Both the position numbers and the translations under genes were made by a program. A stretch of DNA of 64,000 nucleotides from Anaerolineales bacterium (GTDB lineage Bacteria > Chloroflexota > Anaerolineae > Anaerolineales > UBA11579): assembly GCA_035446285.1 (NCBI GenBank), contig DAOMSJ010000003.1, positions 164,929 to 228,928 on the forward strand, in the 5' to 3' direction. Position 1 is the stretch's first letter, and every line of letters starts with the position of its first letter. Positions 1-9,268 of the stretch are shown one piece after another. The notes under the pieces were generated by a model. It was given only the letters and a program-made list of their open reading frames with translations. It was not told where the DNA came from and searched no databases.

Positions 1-2165
1 TACGCATGCGACCGCCGCCATAGCACGAACAACAGTGGCCAAGCCAACAGCGTGCTGACCAATCCTAGAGCAAAGGACAGCGGGCGATAAATGAACTCAA
101 CCTCATGTGCGCCCTCGGGTAGCTGCACGGCACGCAACACGCCGTAGGCCGGCACGATCTCCGCGAGTGCGCCGTCTACGCGGGCATGCCAGCCAGGGTA
201 GTACGTATCCGCCAGCAGCAGCCAGTCGCCCGCGTGTGCATCCACCTGCACGCGCACGCGGTTGGCGCTGCTCTGCACAATGGCGGCCGCGTCCAACAGC
301 AGGCATGCGGGCAGATGGCTGGTCAGCTCCTCAGGCGGCTGGCAACTGTAAAGTTGTGCACGCGGCAAAGCCTCCACGCGTTCAAAGCTCACCGCCCCAT
401 CCTGAACATGTTGCACCACGCCGACATTCATCAAGGTCAGCATCATGTCACGGGTCTCGCTATCCGCCGCCTCGAGCGCAGCAATCCATTGCACATAGCG
501 AGCGGGCAGCAACGGGTCAAAGTTGTTGGCGCTGGGCAAGCCTTCGAGCAGGTTGGTATTCGGCAGCAGACTGCGGCGCAACTCAAGGGGATCTGCGCTG
601 TAGAAGGTATCGAAGCGTAGCAAATGCTCAAACTTGAGCGCCTGCTCGTCGTCTGCGGGCATATAAAGGCGTCCGCCGTTAAATTCTGACGCCAGTGCGG
701 CATGCTGTGGTTGCGTGGTGTAGAGTGAGAGAGACGCGCCAGGGTTCAGTCCCCAGCCGGCCAGCAGCAACTCAACCGTTACCAAGCCCGCCAAGAGCCA
801 GTGGCGCAGTGGCTCTGGTAAGTTCCAAGCGCGTAGATTTAAAATAGTAAATAGCAGCAAGGTGATGCCCAAGACGAGCATGGCGCGGATATAGCTGTCA
901 GGAATATCCAAGCGTCCAGTACCTTGCAACAGCACACCAGCCCCCGCGCCCAGCAATACCGCAACGCTGCCCGCCGCGGCCAAACGACTCCAATACAGGC
1001 CACGCCCCTCAGGCTTGCGCCAATACTGCACACCCAAGCCCGCCAGCAGGCTGAGTGCAAGCACCGCCCACAGGCTGAATCGTGTAGGGGCTTGAAACAT
1101 GGCAAAGCTCGGCACGTGCGCAAACAGCCACGGGAACACTGGCGTGTTGTCACCCAGGGCCAACAGCAACGAGACCGCTACCACGCCCAGCAACCACCAC
1201 GCCAAGCGGCGTGCTTGCAGTTTGCGGGCGGCGAGTGCAGCCAGCAGCAGCGGCACCACGCCAACGTAGATGGCATCTTCCCAGAAGTTGCCATAGCCAG
1301 CAAAATTGCCCGCTGCCGGGCTGCCGAACAGCTTGGGCGCTAACAAGGTCAGCAGCCGCCACGGCCAGAACGAGTACGTCATCGCCAGAGCGGGGTCCAC
1401 TTGCGCGGCGCGCTGCGACTGCAACAGATACTCCGCCGTGGGCAACAGCTGCACCGCGCTCAGGGCCAGCGCCAACACGCCCGCTGCAGCCATACCAGCC
1501 ATGGCACGCCAGCGAATCGGCCTGGTCGTCGGCCAAACCCTGAGTAGAAGCCAAGCAGCCGCCAGCAGCAGGCTATACCAGGCCATTTGTGCATGACCGG
1601 CCAGCCATTGCATGGCCATTAACGCGGCCAGGCGCAACACCGTGCGACGTCCGGGCGCATGAGCAAGCTGGTACACGGCCAACAGTATCCACGGCAGCCA
1701 GGCAAGGCTGGCGTTAATACTGAGAAAGTGCGCCCGCGCCACCAGGTAGCCGGAAAGCGAAAAGGCCAGCGCGCCAATCACCTGTCCGAGCTCACTTGTG
1801 CCCAAAGCGCGCAGCAAGCGCTGTGCGCCGACACCGGCCAGCACCAGGTGGGCGGCGACCAGTAGCGCCTGCCCCCAGGCCATCAACGGCAGGCCGCCCA
1901 GCGCGGCCAAGATAAAGTAGATCCAGTGCGGAGGATAGAACAGGGCCGATTGATAGTTGGCTGCCAATGGCGTGCCCATGCCCAGCAGCGGATTCCAAAG
2001 CGGCAACTCGCCAGTTAGCAACGTGCGCCAGGCTTGCCACCACCAAGGCACAAACTGGGTAGCCGGCGTGCCCCAGTACAGCGCCTCGCCACGCAACCAC
2101 ACCGGCGCCAGCAAAACAAAGGGCGCCAGCCAGATCAGGATTCGCGGCGAGAGCTTGAAACGCAT
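1..2165 (-). CDS. YfhO-family (GT-C type) polytopic membrane glycosyltransferase-like protein; its 3' end runs off the left edge of the window
   Basis: Absent from the supplied ORF track because it has no in-window stop. My own minus-strand translation from the ATG at 2165-2163 (MRFKLSPRILIWLAPFVLL...) stays open to position 1 (...LLAWPLLFVLWRRSHA). No other listed minus-strand ORF uses this frame. The N-terminal WNPLLGMGTPLAANYQSALFYPPHW and the C-terminal YYPGWHARVDG...LPEGAHEVEFIYRP match YfhO hallmarks and the paralog at 3710-5698. Confidence 0.6.
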   Translation of the reverse strand, partial: MRFKLSPRILIWLAPFVLLAPVWLRGEALYWGTPATQFVPWWWQAWRTLLTGELPLWNPLLGMGTPLAANYQSALFYPPHWIYFILAALGGLPLMAWGQALLVAAHLVLAGVGAQRLLRALGTSELGQVIGALAFSLSGYLVARAHFLSINASLAWLPWILLAVYQLAHAPGRRTVLRLAALMAMQWLAGHAQMAWYSLLLAAAWLLLRVWPTTRPIRWRAMAGMAAAGVLALALSAVQLLPTAEYLLQSQRAAQVDPALAMTYSFWPWRLLTLLAPKLFGSPAAGNFAGYGNFWEDAIYVGVVPLLLAALAARKLQARRLAWWLLGVVAVSLLLALGDNTPVFPWLFAHVPSFAMFQAPTRFSLWAVLALSLLAGLGVQYWRKPEGRGLYWSRLAAAGSVAVLLGAGAGVLLQGTGRLDIPDSYIRAMLVLGITLLLFTILNLRAWNLPEPLRHWLLAGLVTVELLLAGWGLNPGASLSLYTTQPQHAALASEFNGGRLYMPADDEQALKFEHLLRFDTFYSADPLELRRSLLPNTNLLEGLPSANNFDPLLPARYVQWIAALEAADSETRDMMLTLMNVGVVQHVQDGAVSFERVEALPRAQLYSCQPPEELTSHLPACLLLDAAAIVQSSANRVRVQVDAHAGDWLLLADTYYPGWHARVDGALAEIVPAYGVLRAVQLPEGAHEVEFIYRPLSFALGLVSTLLAWPLLFVLWRRSHA

Positions 2166-2174
2166 CGGCCTATT

Positions 2175-3713
2175 TTAAGGCAGCTGCACACGGAAAAGTT
2201 GGAAATTGCCGTATTCGCTATAGGGCAGCAGGTACTCAGCCAACTCTGGCACCCAGCCACGGCTGTGCACACGCTCCGCCGGGCCCCACAACACGAACTG
2301 CACGTTGTGTTGGTGCAGGAAGGCGGTGCGTTCCGTATCTAAAGTGCCGCGATTATAAAAATAGTCCACCTGCGCCGATAGCTCGTCTAGCCCGACTGTC
2401 TCCGGCCCATGCCCAATCACGACGCGTACTGGCGCCCATGCTGGTGCTGCGTTACCGCTGCTGTAGGCGGCCAGCACCGTCGCTCCCGGCACATCCTGCA
2501 GGCTACTGAACAGCGCCACTTCATCGGCATTGCGAAAAGCAGGAGCCGCAGGATGCAAGGCGCCATTCAGCGCGCCGAGCCAGAGCAAAAGCGTACTGGG
2601 CGCGGCCAGCAGGACCAACATCACTACAAAACGGCGCGTGCGTACTGGCGGCATGTTCTGTAGGCCGCGCAGAGCCAGCGCCAGCAGCAAGACCCATACG
2701 CCTTCAGCAAAGCGACGCTGCAAGCCCAGCGGGAGGTACAGCAAGACTGGCAGCGCCAGCAGCCAGCCCGCGCTCAGCACACGCGCTGCTCCAGCGGCGC
2801 TGCGCCAGCCAAGATACGCCAGCGGCAACAGCCAGCCATAGGCCAGCACATAATGCAGCGGGTGCGGCGCCAGGATTAGGTTCTGCGCTGCCCACCCCTG
2901 CAAATAGGCATCATGCAGATAGACCCAGCCGTTGTAGGCCAGCGGCACGGCTGCACCTGTGAGTGCCAGCATACTGGCGCGCAGCGTTGCCTGCCAGCTG
3001 GGAGTTCGGTGCAGCCAAGCGAGCACCACAAACACGGCCAGCAAGACCGAGCCCAATGCGGCGGTGAGCAAGTGCACCAGCGCCAACACCAACCACAAAG
3101 CAACGAAGCGCCAACCACCTGCTTGCCCGCGCAATACCAGCACCAGCGCATAGAGCAGCAGCGCACGCGACAGCACGAGGTGCGGCAGACTGAACGCGGC
3201 CAGGAAGCCGAAGGTCTCCGGCGAGTAAAAGTCCAGCGGCAGCGAGCCATATAACTCACTGCGGCCAAACAACAGCACCAGCCAACCCAGGCCGCCACCG
3301 AATACGACCAAGGCCAGCCCCACTCGGCGCAAAGAGACGTTGCTGACAAACTCAGACACGAAGGCATATACAGCATGGCAGACCGCCGCCAGGCTGATTA
3401 AGCGAAAGGCGTGAAAGGCCAGCACAAAACTAAGATGGCTGGCCTGCGAACCGAGCAGCTTGCCAAGCAACAAGTAAGGCAAGTACAGCAGAGCCCCTTG
3501 CTGCGGCAGCGTGCTATAGACGCTGCGAAACAGCCACGCACCGGCCGCGCCCTGCTGCATCTGGGCAATGTAGGCGTTGCCATCTTCAACGCCGATCAAG
3601 AATCCGGTAAAGGTGTGCGGCGCGCTCAGCAGTGCAATGGCGTACGGCAGGCTGGTTAACAGCATGGCCATAACGGAAAAGCCCCACACCCAACCTCGTT
3701 CAGCCTTGCTCAT
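2175..3713 (-). CDS. Polytopic membrane protein of unknown family (GT-C-like), paralog of 5688-7196
   Basis: Track ORF 2175-3752. I prefer the start at the ATG at 3713 (MSKAERGWVWGF...), which forms an ATGA overlap with the stop of the upstream gene. It has many hydrophobic segments and an acidic first-loop motif (FLIGVEDGNAYIAQMQQG), similar to LLNPTDGYSYLAKMRQG in the paralog. Confidence 0.6.
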   Translation of the reverse strand: MSKAERGWVWGFSVMAMLLTSLPYAIALLSAPHTFTGFLIGVEDGNAYIAQMQQGAAGAWLFRSVYSTLPQQGALLYLPYLLLGKLLGSQASHLSFVLAFHAFRLISLAAVCHAVYAFVSEFVSNVSLRRVGLALVVFGGGLGWLVLLFGRSELYGSLPLDFYSPETFGFLAAFSLPHLVLSRALLLYALVLVLRGQAGGWRFVALWLVLALVHLLTAALGSVLLAVFVVLAWLHRTPSWQATLRASMLALTGAAVPLAYNGWVYLHDAYLQGWAAQNLILAPHPLHYVLAYGWLLPLAYLGWRSAAGAARVLSAGWLLALPVLLYLPLGLQRRFAEGVWVLLLALALRGLQNMPPVRTRRFVVMLVLLAAPSTLLLWLGALNGALHPAAPAFRNADEVALFSSLQDVPGATVLAAYSSGNAAPAWAPVRVVIGHGPETVGLDELSAQVDYFYNRGTLDTERTAFLHQHNVQFVLWGPAERVHSRGWVPELAEYLLPYSEYGNFQLFRVQLP

Positions 3714-5698
3714 GCCTGCCGCCTGAACACACGCCACAGCATAACCAGCCACGCGAGTGCAGTGACTGGCAGGCCAAAGCGCAGCGCATCAGGCATAAAG
3801 TACAGCTCAATCTCATGCTCGCCCGCGGGCAAAACCACCCTGCGCAGCACGTTGCCCGGCACGGCAAATTCAGCGGGCTGCCTGTCCCGCAACACATGCC
3901 AGCCTGGATACTGAAGCTCAGCAATGTTGAGCTGGCCGGGGCCGTAGGCATGCAGCGTCATCCGATTGGCCTGCACATCTAGTAGAGGAACTCGCTGTGC
4001 TTCCCCCCCCTGCTCCATCCAGGCTCGCGGGCGATAGTGTGAATTGAGATACACATACGGCTCTTCCAGCAATAGCTCAAGGCCTTCTACATTCATAGGC
4101 TGCGCGGCGACAAGGTACTTGATATTGAGCCGACCTAAGAGAACAGCATCGGATTGAGCCGTCACATCAAGAGGAGGTAGCGCAACACTGTAGCCAGATT
4201 GGGAATAGCCCGCGGCCTTAGCCATCAAATCAGAGTAGCCATGCAATTGCAGCGGGTCGACTCCGTTGGCTAACTCCAACCCATACAGCGCCGCGGTTTG
4301 CTGCGGCAGGCTGTGATCGGGCGTATAGACACGGAAGATGTCGTCATCCTGGGCAAGGTACTGCGCCGCCTCGGCCCCCTCAGCCAGTACGCTGTCTGCT
4401 GGGCGGAAGCGCAGTAGACTGCCAGACGCCACTAGCAGGTCGGCCGCCACCAGCACGCTGAGCGCCAGCAGCAGCACGCGGCCGCTGCGCCAGCGCTCGT
4501 GGGCCAGCCAGGCGGCCAGCACCAGCGCGGCGGCGAACATCGCCGGCTGCCCCAACTGTGCGCCCTGCCAGGCAGCCAGCGCCGCAAAACTTAGCAGCCA
4601 AGCCAGCACTGCCGCGTGCAGCAGGCGCAGCGGCTTCTGCGGCCAAGCCGCCGCGGCTAATTGCTGAGCGGCGCCAGCCGCCAGCACCGCCCAGGCCAGG
4701 CTGGCCAGCAGCAGTGCGCGCGGCGGAATTCGCAGCTGGGATGCCCCCGGCAGCTCCGCCAGCCATTGCGCGCCGGGGATGTTGCTGCCCAAAGCCACCA
4801 GCACGCACACAATCAGTAGCGCCATCCAGAAGCGTATCCCGCGTTGCCAGGGGCGCGCCAGCAGCACCAGAAGCAACAGCACGACCCCGGCATAAATGAC
4901 CCACTCATGCGCACTACTCCACTGCGGCAACAATAGACCCAGCAGTTGAGCGGGCGGCAGGGAGAGTTCCAGAACTTCGGCTGGGCTTAGATTGGCACGC
5001 GTGCTAAGCGAGCCGTACTGCAAATAAAGCCAGAGCGCTGGCAAAGCCAGCAAAGCGGCCATGCCTGCCTGTTGCAGCAAGTAGCGCGGGCGGCGTTGCC
5101 ACAGCAGCCAAGCCGCCCATAGCGCGCCAGCATACAGCCCCCAGCGCGGGTCGGCGCCAACGATCAGCGCCAGCACCAGCGCGGCGGGCAGGCGCGGCGA
5201 GCGGCTGGCCCACAGCAGCCAGGGGGTCAAGCACACCGCCATCACCAGCATCAGATGCCCCGCCCCAATATGTGCAAAGAGCCGCGGCGCCAACTGAAAC
5301 ACCAGCCCGCCCAGCAACGCTGCAGCATGAGCGCAGCCTTGCTGGCGCAGGAAAGCATACATGCCCACACCGGCCAGCACCACATGCGCGGCCAATACCA
5401 GATTGAGCCCCAGTGGCAACGGAAACAATAAAGCCAGCCAATACGGCGGATACCACAACCCGGAATAGGGATGCGCGACAAAAGGAAAGCCAGACAGGAT
5501 CTGCGATGACCACAAGGGCACTACGCCCTGGCGCAGCGCGTTTTGAAGAAACAGCGCGTTGGGGTAATGCGTGACAGCCATGTCTGAGAAGGCTGCGCCG
5601 GAGCCGGGGAATATGAAACTAGTCATACCCGGTAGTAAAAGCACGAGTGGCAGCAAGAACACCGCGTAGGGTTTGGCGGCGGTGAGCTTATTCAACAT
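3710..5698 (-). CDS. YfhO-family polytopic membrane glycosyltransferase-like protein
   Basis: Track ORF 3710-5701. N-terminus VVPLWSSQILSGFPFVAHPYSGLWYPPYW and C-terminus QYPGWHVLRDRQP...LPAGEHEIELYFMP fit the YfhO pattern. It overlaps the upstream gene's stop by a few nt. Confidence 0.7.
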   Translation of the reverse strand: MLNKLTAAKPYAVFLLPLVLLLPGMTSFIFPGSGAAFSDMAVTHYPNALFLQNALRQGVVPLWSSQILSGFPFVAHPYSGLWYPPYWLALLFPLPLGLNLVLAAHVVLAGVGMYAFLRQQGCAHAAALLGGLVFQLAPRLFAHIGAGHLMLVMAVCLTPWLLWASRSPRLPAALVLALIVGADPRWGLYAGALWAAWLLWQRRPRYLLQQAGMAALLALPALWLYLQYGSLSTRANLSPAEVLELSLPPAQLLGLLLPQWSSAHEWVIYAGVVLLLLVLLARPWQRGIRFWMALLIVCVLVALGSNIPGAQWLAELPGASQLRIPPRALLLASLAWAVLAAGAAQQLAAAAWPQKPLRLLHAAVLAWLLSFAALAAWQGAQLGQPAMFAAALVLAAWLAHERWRSGRVLLLALSVLVAADLLVASGSLLRFRPADSVLAEGAEAAQYLAQDDDIFRVYTPDHSLPQQTAALYGLELANGVDPLQLHGYSDLMAKAAGYSQSGYSVALPPLDVTAQSDAVLLGRLNIKYLVAAQPMNVEGLELLLEEPYVYLNSHYRPRAWMEQGGEAQRVPLLDVQANRMTLHAYGPGQLNIAELQYPGWHVLRDRQPAEFAVPGNVLRRVVLPAGEHEIELYFMPDALRFGLPVTALAWLVMLWRVFRRQA

Positions 5699-7196
5699 CA
5701 CGCGCCCAAATCAACACCGAGCCATCCGCAAACACCTCATGCCAGCCATGCAGCGTAGTGCCCGGAGCCATGCTCACATCCCAGAGGATGTAGTCGACTG
5801 CATGCGCGGCCAAGAAAGTTTCGCGCGGCAAGTCATCCGCAAAGAAAGCCTCCTGCTCCCCCTTGCGCTGCTCTGCTTGCACGGTCTCGAAGGGATGCGC
5901 ATACCACACGCGCACATCCGCAAAAGCTGGCGCGTGCAAGCTATTGCGCTCAGGCGCCAGCAGCAGCGCACCGGGCGCGGAGTGTGCAGCCAGCCACTGG
6001 TAGGCGGCCACCTCGTCAGCTCGCAGGAAGAGCGCAGCCTCCTGCTCGCGGCTGGCCTGCAGCCCACCCAGTAGAATAAGCAGATTGGTTGGCAAGGCCA
6101 GCAAGAACAACAGCACCAGCGCCAGCCTGCGGCGAGCGGCGGCATTCAGCCAGCGCTGGATAGCAACCACGGCCAGCCCGATGGCAGGGATATATTGCCC
6201 GCTGCTCATGCGCCGCTGTAATCCAAACGGCAAGTAGAGAAAGACCAGGCACACTAGCAGCCAGACCGCCAACAACTGTACAGCGCGCTGGCGTTGCGTT
6301 AGCGCAAAATACACACTCGGCAACGCCAATAAAAGCGCGGGGGCAAGCGAAGTGACCAAATCCCACAGCGGCATAGCCGGCGTGATGTTCTGTACGTTCC
6401 ATCCCGCCAGGGCAGGATGAGTATTGACGATTACCAACGCATACAGCGCATACGGAAGGCCACCGGCAAGCACCCAGGCGGCTTGCTTCCACTGTGCTGC
6501 ACTCTCCTGCTTACGCAGCACAGTCAATAAGGCCGCAGCGCACAACACCGCGGCGGCCACAGCCCATCCGAACGGATACACCACTGCGGCCACAGCCGCC
6601 GCCAACAGCCAAGCTACTGGGCGTGGCGCGTCTGTGGGCGTGATCAGGAAGACTTGCAAGGCCAATCCCAGCGGGAAGTGCGCATTAGCAAAACTGGCTA
6701 GGAACGGGTACATCTCCGCTACCCAAAAATCACTGGTGAAGGCTCCGCTTGCTACCGCCAGCCAGCCGAACCCAGAGCCGAACAGCGCTACAGCCAAAGC
6801 CCAAGTACGCAAACCGGGAACTATTGCGTTGAAAAAACGATACAGCGCAGCACATAAAGCCGCCGCACCAAGCAGCCGTGCGCCGTGAAACGTAAACACC
6901 AAACTCCACCTTAGCACGCGCGCCACATGGCCTAACAGCAGGTAATACAGATTGATGGCCGTAGGCTGCCCGGGCTGAGCGCTATAGGGCAGCGTAAAGC
7001 TCCATGCGCCCTCAAAACCCTGGCGCATTTTTGCGAGATAGCTGTACCCGTCTGTGGGGTTAAGCAGAAAGCCGCCGAATACATGCCCACCGTCGCCAGC
7101 CCGCTCTGCCAGCACATACGGCACGCTTTGCAGCAACAAGAAAACAACACTGAGCAGAGCAGCACTCAAAAACTGGCGGCATACGCTGCGACGCAT
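5688..7196 (-). CDS. Polytopic membrane protein of unknown family (GT-C-like), paralog of 2175-3713
   Basis: Track ORF 5688-7274. The start at the ATG at 7196 (MRRSVCRQFLSAALLSVVFLLL) is preferred because the longer form would overlap the divergent gene and its promoter. The N- and C-terminal regions align by eye with 2175-3713. Confidence 0.6.
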   Translation of the reverse strand: MRRSVCRQFLSAALLSVVFLLLQSVPYVLAERAGDGGHVFGGFLLNPTDGYSYLAKMRQGFEGAWSFTLPYSAQPGQPTAINLYYLLLGHVARVLRWSLVFTFHGARLLGAAALCAALYRFFNAIVPGLRTWALAVALFGSGFGWLAVASGAFTSDFWVAEMYPFLASFANAHFPLGLALQVFLITPTDAPRPVAWLLAAAVAAVVYPFGWAVAAAVLCAAALLTVLRKQESAAQWKQAAWVLAGGLPYALYALVIVNTHPALAGWNVQNITPAMPLWDLVTSLAPALLLALPSVYFALTQRQRAVQLLAVWLLVCLVFLYLPFGLQRRMSSGQYIPAIGLAVVAIQRWLNAAARRRLALVLLFLLALPTNLLILLGGLQASREQEAALFLRADEVAAYQWLAAHSAPGALLLAPERNSLHAPAFADVRVWYAHPFETVQAEQRKGEQEAFFADDLPRETFLAAHAVDYILWDVSMAPGTTLHGWHEVFADGSVLIWARDVE

Positions 7197-7257
7197 GCTG
7201 TATTGTAGCAAAGCCCCACCTGTGCAAGACTCGCCAGCCTTCTCGTATAATACGCAT

Positions 7258-7956
7258 GTGAGCCGCGCCTTCAAACTCTATCGCCTGCAGCAAGTGGACA
7301 CACAAATGGATCAGGCAGCCGCGCGCCTGGCAGAGATCGAGCGCATCCTCAGTGATAACCAGGCGCACCAAGCCGCCAGCCAGGCGCAGCAACAGGCGCA
7401 GGTGGCGCTGCATGCCGCCCACACCGCCCTGCGCAGCGCCGAAGAAGACGTGAGCGCGCAGCAAAAACGCATCGAGCAGAATCAGGCCAGCTTGTACGGC
7501 GGCTCGGTGACCAACCCCAAGGAATTGCAAGACTTGCAAATGGAATCAGAGAGCCTGGCGCGCCGCCTCAGCGACCTTGAGGATGCCCAGCTCGAGGCTA
7601 TGTCTGCTTACGAAACGCAGCAAGCCGCCGCCCAGTTGGCCCAGACCAACCTGGCCGATGTAGAAGCGCAGCTGGCCAGCGAGCATGAAAACTTGTTCAC
7701 CGAGAAGGCAGAGCTGGACCAGGAGCAAGCCAGGCTCAAAGGGGAGCAGGAGACGGCGCTGAGCGCAGTGGAGCCAGCCGACCTGCAGACATACCAGACC
7801 CTGCGCGCCAGTAAAGCTGGTGTGGCCATAGCCAAGGTGCAATCAGGCTCCTGCTCGGCCTGCGGCGCCGAGCTTTCGGCGGCGCGGGCGCAGGCCGCAC
7901 GCTCTGCCGAAGAGCTGACGCGCTGCGATAACTGCAAGCGCATCCTGTACGGATAA
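7258..7956 (+). CDS. COG1579/DUF164-type coiled-coil protein with a C-terminal C4 zinc ribbon
   Basis: Long coiled-coil (LYRLQQVDTQMDQAAARLAEIE...) followed by CSACGAEL...CDNCKRIL. The in-frame GTG at 7258 lies 6 nt after a TATAAT (7246-7251). The track start at 7054 would overlap the divergent gene. Confidence 0.7.
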   Translation: MSRAFKLYRLQQVDTQMDQAAARLAEIERILSDNQAHQAASQAQQQAQVALHAAHTALRSAEEDVSAQQKRIEQNQASLYGGSVTNPKELQDLQMESESLARRLSDLEDAQLEAMSAYETQQAAAQLAQTNLADVEAQLASEHENLFTEKAELDQEQARLKGEQETALSAVEPADLQTYQTLRASKAGVAIAKVQSGSCSACGAELSAARAQAARSAEELTRCDNCKRILYG

Positions 7957-7989
7957 AAAAAGCACGCCGATGGCGTGCTTTAGTTTTTT
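7955..7989. terminator. Bidirectional intrinsic terminator between convergent genes
   Basis: A-run, then stem agcacgcc / ggcgtgct with a 3-nt loop, then a T-run. Confidence 0.7.
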
Positions 7990-7996
7990 CTCCCGG

Positions 7997-8305
7997 CTAA
8001 CTTTCCAATTGCTTAAGAATTAGCTCCTGGGCTTCACTGCTGTCCATATCAAAGATGGTCACCAGCTTGTCGCGCCCCGTCTGCCCAGCCACAATGTCAA
8101 TCCGCGCCTTGGGCACGGAGAGCACCTTGGAGAGGAACTCGATGAGCGCCTCGTTGGCTTTGCCGTCTACCGGCGGCGCGGTCAAGCGAATTTTGATGGT
8201 ATTGTCGGGCAGGATCTCAACGATCTCATTGCGGCTGGCGCGTGGCGTGACGCGGATGGCCAGCGCCGCCCCACCGCGCCCGTCTGAAAGTTTGTGGCGT
8301 GTCAT
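7997..8305 (-). CDS. DUF167 (YggU-like) protein
   Basis: 102 aa. LAIRVTPRASRNEI...IRLTAPPVDGKANEALIEFLSKVL is the typical DUF167 pattern. Confidence 0.8.
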   Translation of the reverse strand: MTRHKLSDGRGGAALAIRVTPRASRNEIVEILPDNTIKIRLTAPPVDGKANEALIEFLSKVLSVPKARIDIVAGQTGRDKLVTIFDMDSSEAQELILKQLES

Positions 8306-8547
8306 TAGCGGAAGGCGTTAATGATAATTGCACTCAGGATCTGCAAAAGGATCAGCAACACCAGCGGGCTGAAGTCAAACATGCCCATCGGCGGCAGAAT
8401 ACGGCGAATGGGAGCCAGCATGGGCTCGACAATGCGGTCCAACGCCTGCCGCAGGGAGTGATACGGAGGCAGGAAGTAGCCCAAAACAATATCAATGATA
8501 ACAATCCAACTCAGAATACGGAAAAACAGACCTATGGCTTGCTCCAT
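8305..8547 (-). CDS. yggT: YggT family membrane protein
   Basis: 80 aa with two hydrophobic segments. Its size and position after yggS are typical of YGGT. Confidence 0.75.
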   Translation of the reverse strand: MEQAIGLFFRILSWIVIIDIVLGYFLPPYHSLRQALDRIVEPMLAPIRRILPPMGMFDFSPLVLLILLQILSAIIINAFR

Positions 8548-8557
8548 CGTCTCCTCT

Positions 8558-9268
8558 TTATTTCGGGCGTGGGCCCATCAGGCCTTCGCCAATCCGCACT
8601 ATGGTGGCGCCCTCCAGAATGGCCGCCTCGTAATCGTTGCTCATCCCCATGGAAAGCTCGGGCAACACAATGCCCAATCGTTCTGCCAATGTATCACGCA
8701 ACTGGCGTGTGCGCTCAAAATATGGGCGCGCCTCTGCCGGGCGGGCGGTGATGGGCGCCATGCTCATCAGGCCGCGTAGCTCCAAGCCGTCCAGGTCGGC
8801 AATCACCTGGGCATCCGCAAAGAATTCGCCGGCATCATCATGGCAGCGCCAGCCCTGCTTGGTAATCTCGCCGCTCACGTTGCATTCCAGCAATACTGGT
8901 AGGCGCAGGCTAAGCTCTTGAGCGAAGCGGTGCAACCTTTCGGCCAGTTTCAAGCTATCCAGCGAATGCACAACGGAGAAGTGCGCGGCCACCTCACGCG
9001 CCTTGCGGCTTTGCACGTGGCCGATCATGTGCCAGCGCAAGTCTGAGCCTTGTAGCACGGTTTGCTTTTCGAGCGCTTCATTCAAGTAGCTCTCGCCAAT
9101 GTCGCTGATGCCTAGGGCCAGCAACGCCTGCAGTGCCTCGGGTGGATGGCCCTTGGTCACCGCCAGCAGGCGCACATCGCCCGCGGCGCGGCCAGCTTGC
9201 TGCGCGGCAGCCTTCATGCGGCCCTGCACCTCGGCCAGGTTGTGCTCCAAACGTTGCGGGTAACTCAT
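8558..9268 (-). CDS. yggS: YggS-family PLP-binding (PLP homeostasis) protein
   Basis: Carries VRLLAVTKGHP (PLP lysine) and has an alanine-racemase N-terminal-like length. The start at the ATG at 9268 (MSYPQRLE) makes an ATGA overlap with the pgeF stop. Confidence 0.85.
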   Translation of the reverse strand: MSYPQRLEHNLAEVQGRMKAAAQQAGRAAGDVRLLAVTKGHPPEALQALLALGISDIGESYLNEALEKQTVLQGSDLRWHMIGHVQSRKAREVAAHFSVVHSLDSLKLAERLHRFAQELSLRLPVLLECNVSGEITKQGWRCHDDAGEFFADAQVIADLDGLELRGLMSMAPITARPAEARPYFERTRQLRDTLAERLGIVLPELSMGMSNDYEAAILEGATIVRIGEGLMGPRPK

